From assembly GCF_006345805.1 (NCBI RefSeq), contig NC_042999.1, positions 131,192,001 to 131,256,000 on the forward strand: a stretch of 64,000 bases of DNA. The letters run 5' to 3'. Under the pieces are notes generated by a model that saw only the letters and a list, made by a program, of their open reading frames with translations, was not told the DNA's origin and did not search any database. Both the position numbers and the translations under genes were made by a program. Source of the DNA: Octopus sinensis (Eukaryota). Position 1 is the first letter of the stretch, and every line of letters starts with the position of its first letter. Positions 38,916 to 49,949 of this stretch are shown piece after piece.

Positions 38916-39200
38916 TTCACAATACACAATACAGATTCATCTCTTACATAACACCTTCTCCAGTTAAGACATTCCAAAATATAAATAGTACAGTCGAATT
39001 CACCCATTATATTGCTCTGTCAACAGAAACTGCCTACCAGAAGAGGAAAGGACGTAATTTATAGAGATGAAAAAGCGAAAGGAAGGGAGGAGAAGAAGGA
39101 GCAGAGAGAAGAGAGGTAGTAGATGGGTAAGGATGAGAAAAGGAAAGAGAAAAAGCAAATAAGGGAGAGAAAAAAAGAGAAATAAATCGGAGGAAGAGGA

Positions 39201-39308
39201 GGCGGGTTCTGTGTTCAAATTTCGTCAAGACCGACTTTGCCTTTCATTCTCTCGGGGTCGATAAAATAAGCACTATTTGAGCACTGTAGTCGATGTAATC
39301 GACTTAAC
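39201..39308 (+). mobile_element. SINE family B, partial
   Basis: GTTCAAATTTCG...GACTTTGCCTTTCATTCTCTCGGGGTCGATAAAATAAG. Confidence 0.7.
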
Positions 39309-40130
39309 TACTCTTTGGTAAGAATATAAAAACTGCATTCCTTTGCCTGGCCATGACGAGTCAGTGAAGCAGAGTGGGCTCATCAAGCCAGTATGATCTC
39401 AAGCTCAAGTTCATAGCCTGCACATCAGACTGTGGTTGATGGAGAGAACACACTGAGGCATCTGTCCTTCAGTGGACTGAACATAGGCAATCCAATCAAA
39501 TTCAAATGTAGAGCGCAGCCGACGCCTGCAACTTACGTTCGTTGAGAATAAATATGCTGCTGTGCTGGCAAAACCAGCACAAAAAAGCACAGTAAACAGT
39601 AATAACAAAAGCCCAATTGATTCTACCCTGGATTCAACTGCAAAGGAACATGAGTCACGATCAAACAAAGACGATTATATTCACAAAGATAGGACTGCTT
39701 CCAGTATATGGACATACGATAACCACGTATGAACAAATAAAATTCAGTAAAGACTGCAAACATTAAAAAATGCTTTGAGTAACTTTTTTTAAATCAAGGA
39801 ACCGCGAACATTTGTGAAACAAAATGATAGAAAACCAGCTGACATTATACTATCTGTGATCAATCAAGTTGCTAAAGAACACCTAGAGCAAACTGAAGTT
39901 CACAGCTTTTGGACGTTAAATATATATCTTACTAATTATGTTACAATTGCCTTTCGTCGTTCTATCACCAAATATGATCATTTCTTTTCACCAAATTCCA
40001 AGCCTCTATCAGCTGAAAGTGTTGTCATTAATTCTTAGTTGTTTTTTAGCATTGTTAACATTTTTAGCATAAAGACTACCTCCCGGGAATATTTTCTTTG
40101 TATGTATATATGTATGTGTGTGTGTGTGTG

Positions 40131-40332
40131 TACGAAGGGGCGTTGAAAAGTTCTTGGGAAAGGTCCGGCTGGAGGCCTAAACTTCCGAGTTATTTTACAG
40201 CACTTAGAAAAACCGAAGGATCGCTGCAGTAAGAGTGTGAATCTGAGAGAGGAATGCATTGAATAAAATCATAATTGATCTTTGTGTATTTTCTTTTACC
40301 TAAAGCCAGGAACTTTTCAGCACCCCCTCGTA
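40131..40332 (+). mobile_element. 202-bp mariner-derived MITE
   Basis: TIRs TACGAAGGGGCGTTGAAAAGTTC / GAACTTTTCAGCACCCCCTCGTA with TA ends; interior resembles a transposase C-terminus. Confidence 0.85.
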
Positions 40333-40339
40333 CGTATGT

Positions 40340-40770
40340 CATTATTCAGTTTTATTTCAAGATTCCTTACCAATAGAGAAAGTGTCGGTTTTTAATCTAG
40401 ATCTAAGGATCCTTCATTGGAATGTTAACATCAACAACAGGGCATTTTTCCATGTATGTATGTATGTATGTATGTATGTATGTATGTATGTATGTATGTA
40501 TGTATGTATGTATGTATGCATGTACGTATGTATGTATGTATGTATGTATGTATGTATGTATGTATGTATGTACGCATGCATGTATGTATACGTGCAGATT
40601 TATATGTTTTGTTTTATGTATGTCTTATGCATATCATTGCATATCTAGACATGTTTACATATACTTAAATGATAAACTTCTGCAAAGTTTTACAGATTTT
40701 TACAGTTCCAGTGATGGACTGGATCTGTAATCTTCGAACCAGCTTTCTCCTTTCTGTGTGTGTGTGTGTA

Positions 40771-40821
<51 letters not shown>

Positions 40822-41052
40822 ATTCAGTATTATTTCAAGATTTCTTGCCAATAGAGAAAGAGCCGGTTTCTAACCTAGATCCAAGGCTCTTCCATTAGAA
40901 TTTCAACAACATCAACAGAGTATATGTGCATGTATGTGTGTATATGTGCATGTATGTGTGTATGTGTGCAGTATTTGGAATCAGTGCATGTGCAGATTTG
41001 TATATTTTGTTTTTAGTATGTATTCTCATGCATATAGTTGCATGTCTAGACA
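40340..41052 (+). repeat. Two diverged tandem copies of a repeat unit (about 40340-40650 and 40820-41052)
   Basis: ATTCAGT(T/A)TTATTTCAAGATT...CCAATAGAGAAAG...CTAGATC and GTGCAGATTT...TCTAGACATG occur twice about 480 bp apart. Confidence 0.78.
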
Positions 41053-41254
41053 TGCACATATTATACCATATATGTATGTATGCATGCATGTATGTATGTA
41101 TGTATGTATGTATGTATGTATGTATGTATGTATGTATGCATGTATGCATGTATGCATGCATGCATGTATGCATGTATGTAGGTATGTATGTATGTATGTA
41201 TGTGTATGTATGTATGTATGTAAGCAAGTATGTATGTAAGCAAGTATAGAAGCT

Positions 41255-41884
41255 CTTGTGTTAAAGCGAAGGCTCAGATGGAGTGGTCATCTGGTCAGAA
41301 TGAAGGATTCAAGGATGCCAAAACAATTCTTTTATGGAGAGTTAGCTAAAGGAGAACGACCTCCACATAAACCAAAAAGAGGTATAAGGACTTGCTGAAG
41401 GCTTCCTTAAGAGATGCTTGCATCTCTCATGACACATGGGAAGGCATAGCTATTGATCGTAACAGGTGGAGAGGGATTGTGCATGAGGGGACAGCCACTT
41501 TTGAGAAATCTCGAGTTGCACATGAGGAAAGTAAGGAGGGATGTCAGGAAGGGCATCGCTGTTACACTTCCAGAAGGGAAGGGTCTTCCTTTGATTCTGA
41601 CATGCAATGTCTATGCAAGACCCTGCCTCAGTAAAGCTGGACTCATGAGTCATCTTCGTAGTCATAAAATGAGACAGATGAGTGACAACCTGGCCACTTG
41701 GTGGTGGTGTAACACACCATACTAATCATATCTGTCGGGCATGTGGATGAGAGTGTAATTCGGCAGGAGGACTTAAACGACATGAAGCCCAGTTACAACT
41801 ACAGCCGGCTATTACTAATTTTGTACAAGACATTGTAGATCTTTAGCTGGGCTAAAAAGTCACATTCGATTACAGCACCAGTAA
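41255..41884 (+). mobile_element. RTE/BovB-type LINE ORF2 C-terminus with three zinc-finger-like repeats
   Basis: RLRWSGHLVRMKDSRMPKQFFYGELAKGERPPHKPKKRYKDLLKASLRDACISHDTWEGIAIDRNRWRGIVHEG, then CxxxxRxCxSxAGLxSHxxxH-type units in shifting frames. Confidence 0.85.
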
Positions 41885-42859
41885 CAGTTAAGCTTCGTGC
41901 AATGGCCATACTCGATAACGAGGGGGCAGCCATAATGTAAGCAAGCATTAAAGCTGGAACAACTTCACAAACTGTTACTCAGAGTTTCATGTAATCGATC
42001 ATCAGACAGCAGGGAGTTTTTAAGCAAATATAATGATTGTGTAGCGAGACTGTTGTCATAAATTGCATCGTTTACGCTTAAATCGTCGGAAAACGGTTCA
42101 TCCTGTATGTTCCTAACGATTGGTCGCATAAACCGGTCATGTGGTGGTGTAATACTTGACCGAGTCCGTTTCTTGGATTGGCCTATTTTTACGCGGGATA
42201 CAGTTTTGTATCCAGTCGCGTTGTGCGATAGACCAACCAGCGCGACAAAATCAAATACCGTTTTGAGACTCTAACCATCAATAAATAAGAGAATTTTTCC
42301 TGTTTTCGCCAGTGAGGTAGGAATTTTCAGAGAGAGATGAGTTGCTTTCAAGGAAGCTATGTCATATCATTTTGTTCTTGTTTGCCAAACACTTATAACC
42401 AAATTTCGACTGAATTGAGAAGCTAACTATATCTGATTTTTTTACAGACAGTTATCTTCATGATGTATCCTCCTGGTTCGCTGTATTATTTTATTTAGCG
42501 GATGAATAAAGTGTCGCAGTTAACTGAAAATTCGTTTTCTTGTATTTCTTTCTATACAACTCATGGAACCAAGAACTTGTAATAATACAAGCGCCAAAGA
42601 CACGCTTCATACCAGCTAAAATTGACAAATGTCAATAAACGATACAGTGAATTTTACGAAGTCTCATCAAATAAATATCTAAAGTTGATTGGACAGGGAG
42701 AAATTACTTCTCAAAATAATAGGAATTTGATGGATGAAGTTGTTTGACCGTTGATATAAAATTAATAGGACTGATTTGTTTTTACATATCTCCAAAAATT
42801 TTTTTCCATGTCCTTGCATATGTAGCAAGTATATGTTCACAGTTTGCCCGTTTACTTTA

Positions 42860-43100
42860 AAATAGGCGCATATCGGCTCATACGTTGTTTTCTACAAGTG
42901 GTCACATGATCTGGTCACGTGATGGTCGAGTCCTAACTTTACCCAGGCTATCCATTCTATCGGCTGAGTGCGGGAAATTTATGTCTGTCAGCTGAGAGCC
43001 TACCTTCAGTTATATAAAGAAGCATTTCCCGCTATTTCCTATTGCGCGATAGCCAGAGAGCAAGTTTATTTCGCAGGTAGCCTCGGTAGCCTTTGACACG
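42860..43100. promoter_or_regulatory. CpG-enriched patch with tandem E-boxes and a TATA-like motif
   Basis: GGTCACATGAT (42900-42910), GGTCACGTGAT (42913-42923), TATATAAAG (43011-43019); function not demonstrated. Confidence 0.35.
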
Positions 43101-43724
43101 TACGTATATTCCTGTCCTCCAGCTGAAGTTATGCCACGTATTTATTTTCCTATTTTACATCACATACATCATCATTATGTACCATCTGCATATGAAACCA
43201 TTGTGTATATATTCTGACCGTTATTTCAAGATGTATCTCAACAGCTTTGCGAAGTTAATGCTCTTTAACGGGTCAAATAAATCGTCGCATTTTATCCCCC
43301 TGGTATTCTGTTCCTGCCTATATCTACGCGCACACGTATATTGGAACTCAAACCAGCTTTATCCCTCAATACAACTAACACCGTTAAACATGTTTCGAAA
43401 TTGAAATTCGTCTATTTTATTTTGATCAGCATCTTTTCGGCATCTGTGTACCAATGTCTTTGTTTTTGCCTCCTTTACACCTTTCACTATTAATACTTTT
43501 GGGTTTCTGTTGCATGCTTTCTAATCAATTCTCTTTTCCTATGCATTGTACTTGTTGTCTACCCATGTTTGATATAAATTGTAACTAACAGCATCTTTCA
43601 ACTTAACGGCAATTGCCTTTTCTTTTTCTTTTTCCTTTTTTTCTCCCTTTTTTTTTCTCTTTTTTCCTGCCGGCTATGGTTTCCCTCTCTTTATTATACT
43701 TAGCTTATTTATATATATTTTAAT

Positions 43725-44110
43725 TTTATTCTTTTAGTCTTTTACTTGTTTCAGTCATTCGACTGCGGCCATGCTGGAGCACCGCCTTTAGTCGAACAAA
43801 TCGACCGCGGGGCTTATTCTTTGTAAGCCTTGTACTTATTCTATCGGTCTCTTGCCGAACTGCTAAGTTACGGAGACGTAAATACACCAACATAGGTTGT
43901 CAAGCGATGGTGTGGGACAAATACAGACACACAAATACACACATATACGTATATACGACGGGCTTCTTTCAGTTTCTGTTTACCAAATCCACTCACAAGG
44001 CTTTGGTCGGCCTGAGGCTATAGTAGAAGACACCTGCCCAAGGTGCCACGCAGTGGGACTGAACCTGGAACCATGTGGTTAGGAAGCAAGCTTCTTACCA
44101 CACAGCCATT
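43725..44110 (-). mobile_element. SINE family A, near full-length
   Basis: Reverse complement of the 58886-59250 copy along its length. Confidence 0.88.
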
Positions 44111-44299
44111 CCGGCGTCTATTGTAAATATTATTCACTTGTTTTTCGTGATACTTATTCGCCGTTTTCTTACTTCTAATTCTATCCTTTACAGCATATTT
44201 TTCTTAACCTCATGACTTCCAAAATGAACTTTTTTTTACTTCGCTGTATTTATTATACCCATTTTCAGTTATAAAGGTGATTTATGTTTTTTAACTCAA

Positions 44300-45790
44300 T
44301 TACGACTTGCTTTTTAATATTGATATTTTCCAACTGTCAAATGTTTCAGCCGACAGATTACTGTCGTTGTTAAAAGTAATAATGTCCTATCCTATCAGCT
44401 TTAATTGTTTATTTGATGAGTAACTAAATAATCACTGCACTGTTTATAAAGTGGAATTCTGGGTATAATTACATCGTTCCCATTAGCGCACCCAAAGAGA
44501 ATAGTGGTGTCGATGTCACTAGCATAAATTTCATGGCACAGTCGCGACTGATATAAATTATGCAGCTGCACGTGTGGGTTCTTTTTTCTGTTTTTTCACC
44601 TAAAATCTATACAGCATAGACCAATTAATTTTGAAATTCTGTTGGATAGTAAACTATTTCTTTCTCACCCACAACAGCATCTTATTGATTTATAGGCGTT
44701 ACTATTTCCTGGAAGTACCTACAACACATGGCCTTTGATGCTGCAGACACATTTTTTTTGTTTGTTTGTTTTTTCACAGCTACTTGCGTGTTAGTTAATT
44801 ATACTTCAATTTGACAAAAGCTTTTGATATAATTCGTCGTTTTAGGAGCAGGATTTGTGGTGCCATTACTACAGAAAATGACCTGATAGTCTCCAAAAAG
44901 ATTATGGTGGCGAGGTGGCAGAACCGTTAGTGCACGAGACAAATAATCTTCTCTGGTATGCGTTCTGGATCTTTACAATTTGGTTTCGCGTCCTGCCGTC
45001 GTCAACTTTGCTTCTAATGTGGAGGCGCGTGGCTTAGTGGTTAAGGTGTTGGACACATGACCGTAAGATTGTGGTTTCGAACCCTGGACCGCGTGACGCG
45101 TTGTGTTCTTGAGCAAAACATTTCATTTTATATTGCTCCTGTCCACTCAGCTGGCAAAAGTGAGTAATCCTGCGACAGACTGGCGTCCCGTCCAAGTGTG
45201 GAATATTTATGCCATGGAAACCGGGAAACCGGTCCTTATAACTTGAGAAGGAAAACTGTACTTTATACCTTGACCCAAAAGGATTTGAGCTCTATTGCCA
45301 CGAAAGTCTTACAATGTCTTGTCCGGGACCTCTGGAGCTATCTTGTGAACATTGTATATTAATCTCAGACAATTATTTGGATTCTCTTAAGATATTGTCC
45401 GGGTCCCGAATCCTTGGATGTTGCAAGCAGGTGTTATGGATATGCCCAAATTCAAGAGAAGTTTGAAGTAAGAATGCAGTGTATGTCTCCCTCCCCAGTA
45501 GGAATGTGAGCAATGACGCCTGAAGAAACAAATGTAATAGCTATGCCTTTATGCTGACGGGTTCTGATGAGTATAAAACGGATAATGAATGTCATTCCAA
45601 TTCCACCATAGAAGTAAGTTCTGTCTTCTTGTTGTCGAACCCTGTCAAAAACAGCAGAATAGACTGCTTCTTTGTTGGCAATAAATATTTCCCCATGTAC
45701 GACATTTAAAGCACACAAATTTTGATCCTCAAAATCTGATTTACCGCTTAAATTTGTTAAAAACATTTCATAATTGTTACACATAGTAGC
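44300..45790 (-). mobile_element. Helitron PIF1-type helicase remnant with nested SINEs
   Basis: In order on the minus strand: YGGIGMTFII...IAITFVSSGVIA (Walker A region), APEVPDKTL*D, GDYQVI, YYPTEFQN, ILFGCANGNDVIIPRIPL; all are decayed Helitron helicase motifs. Confidence 0.8.
45021..45250 (+). mobile_element. tRNA-derived SINE family D with conserved central domains
   Basis: A box TGGCTTAGTGG (45030-45040), B-box-like GGTTTCGAACC (45073-45083), then TTGAGCAAAAC...TTGCTCCTGTCCACTCAGCTG and CCTGCGACAGACTGGCGTCCCGTCCA; preceded by a SINE B head at about 44905-45015. Confidence 0.75.
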
Positions 45791-46064
45791 ATCAACATCA
45801 GCAGTTCTGCTTTAATCATGTCTTCTGCTAAGAACGCGAGAGAAATAGATAGCTATAGATAGAGGGAAAGCGAGGGAGAAAAAAAGAGAGAGACAGAGAT
45901 GGAAGACAAGACTCGAAATAGCAAAGCTCTCAATAAGAAGCAGGAAGAGGATTATAATTGTAAAATACAGAAATTTAGCACTTTGTTTTACAGTGAAAAG
46001 AGGGCGATAATTACACACCAAAAAAGGTGGGGAGAGAAAATGATTATATACAAACATACACACA

Positions 46065-46350
46065 AAATTACACATACAAACGTTCATACATACATACATG
46101 ATACATACATACATAATACATACATACATACATACATGATACATACATACATATATACATACATACATACATAATACATACGTACAAACGTTCATACATA
46201 CACACATACATACATACATACATACATACATACATACATACATACATACATACAAACGTTCATACATGCATACATACATACATACATACATACATACATA
46301 CATACATACATACATACATACATACATACATACATACACACACACATACA
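46065..46350. repeat. (CATA)n microsatellite; similar (TATG)n tracts at 40452-40590, 41070-41240 and 49832-49895
   Basis: Direct reading. Confidence 0.95.
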
Positions 46351-46920
46351 CACAATGTTAGAGCTTCACATATGTATACATGTATGTCAGTACAATGAAC
46401 GTTGCAATTATTTGACATAATTGCTTCATAGATATATTGCTCGGTGATATAAACAAGTTGTAAACTTTTCATATACAACAGAGTTAATTAAATACGTAAA
46501 GAGTTATATATTTTGATAGACTGATAAGCAACACACTCTAAAACTGAAAAAAAGTCCATTAGATATTAATTATTTGATATTTTGCTTAATATCTAGAATT
46601 ATACGTTATCTTGTTTCCTACTATATTTAAATATACAACTGCTCTCCCCCCTCACAACACACACACACACACACAAAGTTATTCGACAACTTAATGAAAA
46701 GAAACCTAAATATAAAGAATTTACTATATATTCTAGAACAGAGTATGACTGTCATACACATTTCCTATTCAGTCTATCCACAGCTCCTATTTACGTCTGC
46801 TAATATAAATATTAATGCATAAGACAAGCAATTATTCAACATACTTATTTATCGCGATTCTTTTGATAATAGAATAACTGAACAAGAAGTACTTGAAAGC
46901 GAGTTACATTGTTATTTTAC

Positions 46921-47120
46921 CATTATGTGTATTCATTTGAGTTTCTGTGGGTGTGTCTGTGTAAGAATGTTTATACTCATCACGTGATGCATTCTGGGCC
47001 CGCAGATAATAGAAAGCTTTTCGACGGCTTTCTAATTCCTGCCATTCTGGTTTCTTTCTCTCTTGCAGTTCCTGGTGGGTATCATACGGGTAACGCTGGC
47101 TGCATTCAAAATACTGCTCG
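46921..47120 (-). CDS. Exon of unassigned gene: EQYFECSQRYPYDTHQELQERKKPEWQELESRRKAFYYLRAQNASRDEYKHSYTDTPTETQMNTHN(D)
   Basis: gattttacag|C...G|gtaaaa; 200 nt, 66 codons open only in the phase-2 frame; non-repetitive, protein-like composition. Confidence 0.75.
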
Positions 47121-48506
47121 CTGTAAAATCAATTAATTAGCTCATCTCGAATTTCATATTAATAGAATCAATAACATTTACAAAATATAATCAAAGGAAC
47201 AAGTATAAAATGACATGCTATATTTTGGATGCGAGCTTCGTGGCTTAAACTATCTAATCACTGTGCCATTTTGTTGTCAGACTTCAATGTAGAGAAAATC
47301 TACTGAATTTCATTTTAAAGTTAAATTTTATTCTCGAGAATGATTGCTCTGCAAATATCAATATTACTTCAAGGATGGTATCACTATTAGGATTGTTCAG
47401 GGAATTTGTTTAAGGAACACTATTATGTTCTTCGCACATAGACTCGGGAGCAGAGGGTGCGCTTGCATTCCTACAATTTTCTTGAGGTGGTTGGGGGCAG
47501 CAAAAAATGCTTTGAACATTTTGGATTGGACCTGAGTTTGCATCCACTAAGCAAATTCCGTTTCCGTCCTTATGTGTTCGTAGACAGCATAACTTTAACC
47601 AAGCTATCATTTATTTTTGTCTCGGATCTTAAGATCCTTTGTCTCAACTAGTTCAGAAGACACAGCTACCACATTGAATAGACAAAATACCCGCCCCTTT
47701 TCTTATTTAGATTTTTTTTTATTCAGTACTATTTTTTAAACTACGAATCACATTTTATTAACAACATATTTTTACATAGAGAAAAAAAAGAAAAAACATT
47801 AAAAGTATAAAATATCAAATTATCGAAAAAAAGCCTATAACTATTTCACCAAGGAATCAAAGGGAAAGAACAAAAAGTGGCGCGAGCAGAGAGTTAAGCA
47901 GCAGAAGAAGATGCGGGGCAGTAACGGGCAGTACACCCCAGAACAAATAGCGTGTTCAGCCGCGCCTCGCGGACATGATTGTAAAAGCGTTGCCACGGAG
48001 AATGGCCAGAGACTCTAGCTGCAACAGCCACCCCCACCTCGCGGGCTTCATTTCTCAGACAGGCCACAGTTATCCTGAATTTTCGGGGAAATCAGCAGTG
48101 TGGGATCCCGAGGTATCAACGGCACCAGAGAATACCTGTGGTATCGAAGGCACCTGAGAAGACTTGCCGTATCGACGGCGACCAGCACAAACTTAATTCT
48201 TTCCTGATCTGAGGTTCACTGATCATCGCTTTTAAATCATCTCTCTTTCTGAGAGTTACTCGGTATTCCTTTCTACGAATCAATTTAGTGCATAAAGTCT
48301 TTCCAGTCTCGAGCCAATGAAGGCTCAAGGTAGTCGCTCTTCTTGCTGGAAATATTAACTAAATCTTTCTCAAATGACTCTTCACCGTTTACCTGGAAAG
48401 AAACAGTGCAGTTATTAATTAGAACAACTGAAATTAATCCATGTAAAACTCCACAGCTCTAGCATCACTCTTTCATAGTCAGCCTATAAACCTTTCAGCC
48501 TACCCT

Positions 48507-48997
48507 CGTATGATATTGATTTCATTTTTGGCATAAGGCCAGCAATTTCGGGGAAGGGGTTAGTCAGTTACGTCGACTCCAGTGTTCAACTGGCATTTAT
48601 TTTATCGACCCCGATAGGTTGAAATGCAAAGTCGACCTCGGCGGAATTTGTACTCAGAAGGTGAAGACGGACGAAATGCCACTAAGCATTTTGCCCGACG
48701 TACTAACGGCCCTGCCTGCTCGCCGCCCTTAACAAAAGATATGATATTGATTTCAAATTTTGGCATAAGGTCAACAATTTCGTGGGTAGGGTAAGTCGAT
48801 TATATCGACTCCAGTGTTCAACTGGTATTTATTTTATGCATGGAAGACGGACGTTAAACGGTTGAAATGCAAAGTCGACCTCGGCTGAATTTGAACTCAG
48901 AACATGAAGACGGGTGAAATAGCCGTTAAGTATTTTTTCCGGCGGGTAAACGATTCTGCCAGCTCACCGCCCTTAACAGAAGATAATGATATTGACA
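48507..48997 (-). mobile_element. Two head-to-tail SINE family B copies (tandem unit about 235-240 bp)
   Basis: Both carry the variant GTTGAAATGCAAAGTCGACC and the same flank CCCTTAACA(A/G)AAGATA(A)TGATATTGA. Confidence 0.85.
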
Positions 48998-49829
48998 ATA
49001 GAAACGCAAACACCCAAAAATGTTACATTCAATCAAGATTTTAAATCATAGATTTTATGTAAATCGTAAAATAACATACGTTTGTATGTTGCAAGAAGAG
49101 GCGAGTTCTAATGTATGGAACAGAACACTTCTGCCAAGATATGTGAAGGGTGTTGAGGTCTGGTGAATGACGTTGAGTTGGAGCGAAATAATTATAAAGT
49201 ACGTGGTAGGTCATCGGCTCAAGTGACAAAAAAATTATTATTGGTACGTGTATCGGAGAAATGTATAATGGACTCACGAACATGCATTTCATCAGAAACG
49301 TGTTTTAAGTAATTAGGATAGACAGTAGGTGTAAATTGTCCCCTGTAGCTGTATCATTTTGAGCTACTGCACAAAAAGTATTTACACACATACACACACA
49401 AACGCATACATACTTGCATACATATAAATGTGTGTGTACATATGCGTGAGTGTGAGTATGTGTGTTTGAAAGTGAGGGTAGAAAGCGAATTCTTGCAGAT
49501 GACAAGTTTAATTTCAGTGCTTTATTCCTTATGTATAATATTTAAGCAAATAAAAAAAAACATTAGCCAGTCAGAAACTAATGATCTCTTGATCTATATT
49601 TTAGCTATGTAAACGTCAAATTTGTGTGCTCCCAGCTGAGTAATTTTTCCTTCTTCATTGGCCCTTCATTGTAACAATTGGTTAATCTATCTTATTGTTT
49701 CTCGTTTGGTTAACGGCCAGATTTATGTTTTATCATCAACAAGAATAACTTTCATCATTTTGAAAACAAGTTCTTCATTTTTTTCCGTTTACGGCTGGTT
49801 TTTATCTGACCACACGATTCTACAACGCT

Positions 49830-49861
<32 letters not shown>

Positions 49862-49949
49862 TGTATGTATGTATGTATGTATGTATGTATGTATGAGAAA
49901 GTAATTTCAAAAATACACGGAATAGCATTTCAACAAAAACAGAATAAGA

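Noticed and set aside
39330-40040. Semi-open plus-strand frames, possibly a decayed non-LTR element
   Set aside because: No motif I can name with confidence.
43004-43122. 119-nt minus-strand cryptic exon with good donor
   Set aside because: Contains stop codons in all three frames; weak acceptor.
45021-45095. tRNA gene
   Set aside because: A/B boxes continue into a SINE body; no complete cloverleaf. The same holds for all SINE A and B heads.
47410-47610. 66-aa Cys/Pro-rich minus-strand ORF as first exon of the unassigned gene
   Set aside because: No credible phase-2 donor, and better upstream exons exist.
48285-48392. Strong minus-strand acceptor followed by VNGEESFEKDLVNISSKKSDYLEPSLARDWKDFMH*
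   Set aside because: Open only in phase 0, incompatible with the phase-2 donor at 54352, and it merges into an unclassified GC-rich repeat-like segment (47700-48330); not supportable as a host exon without RNA data.
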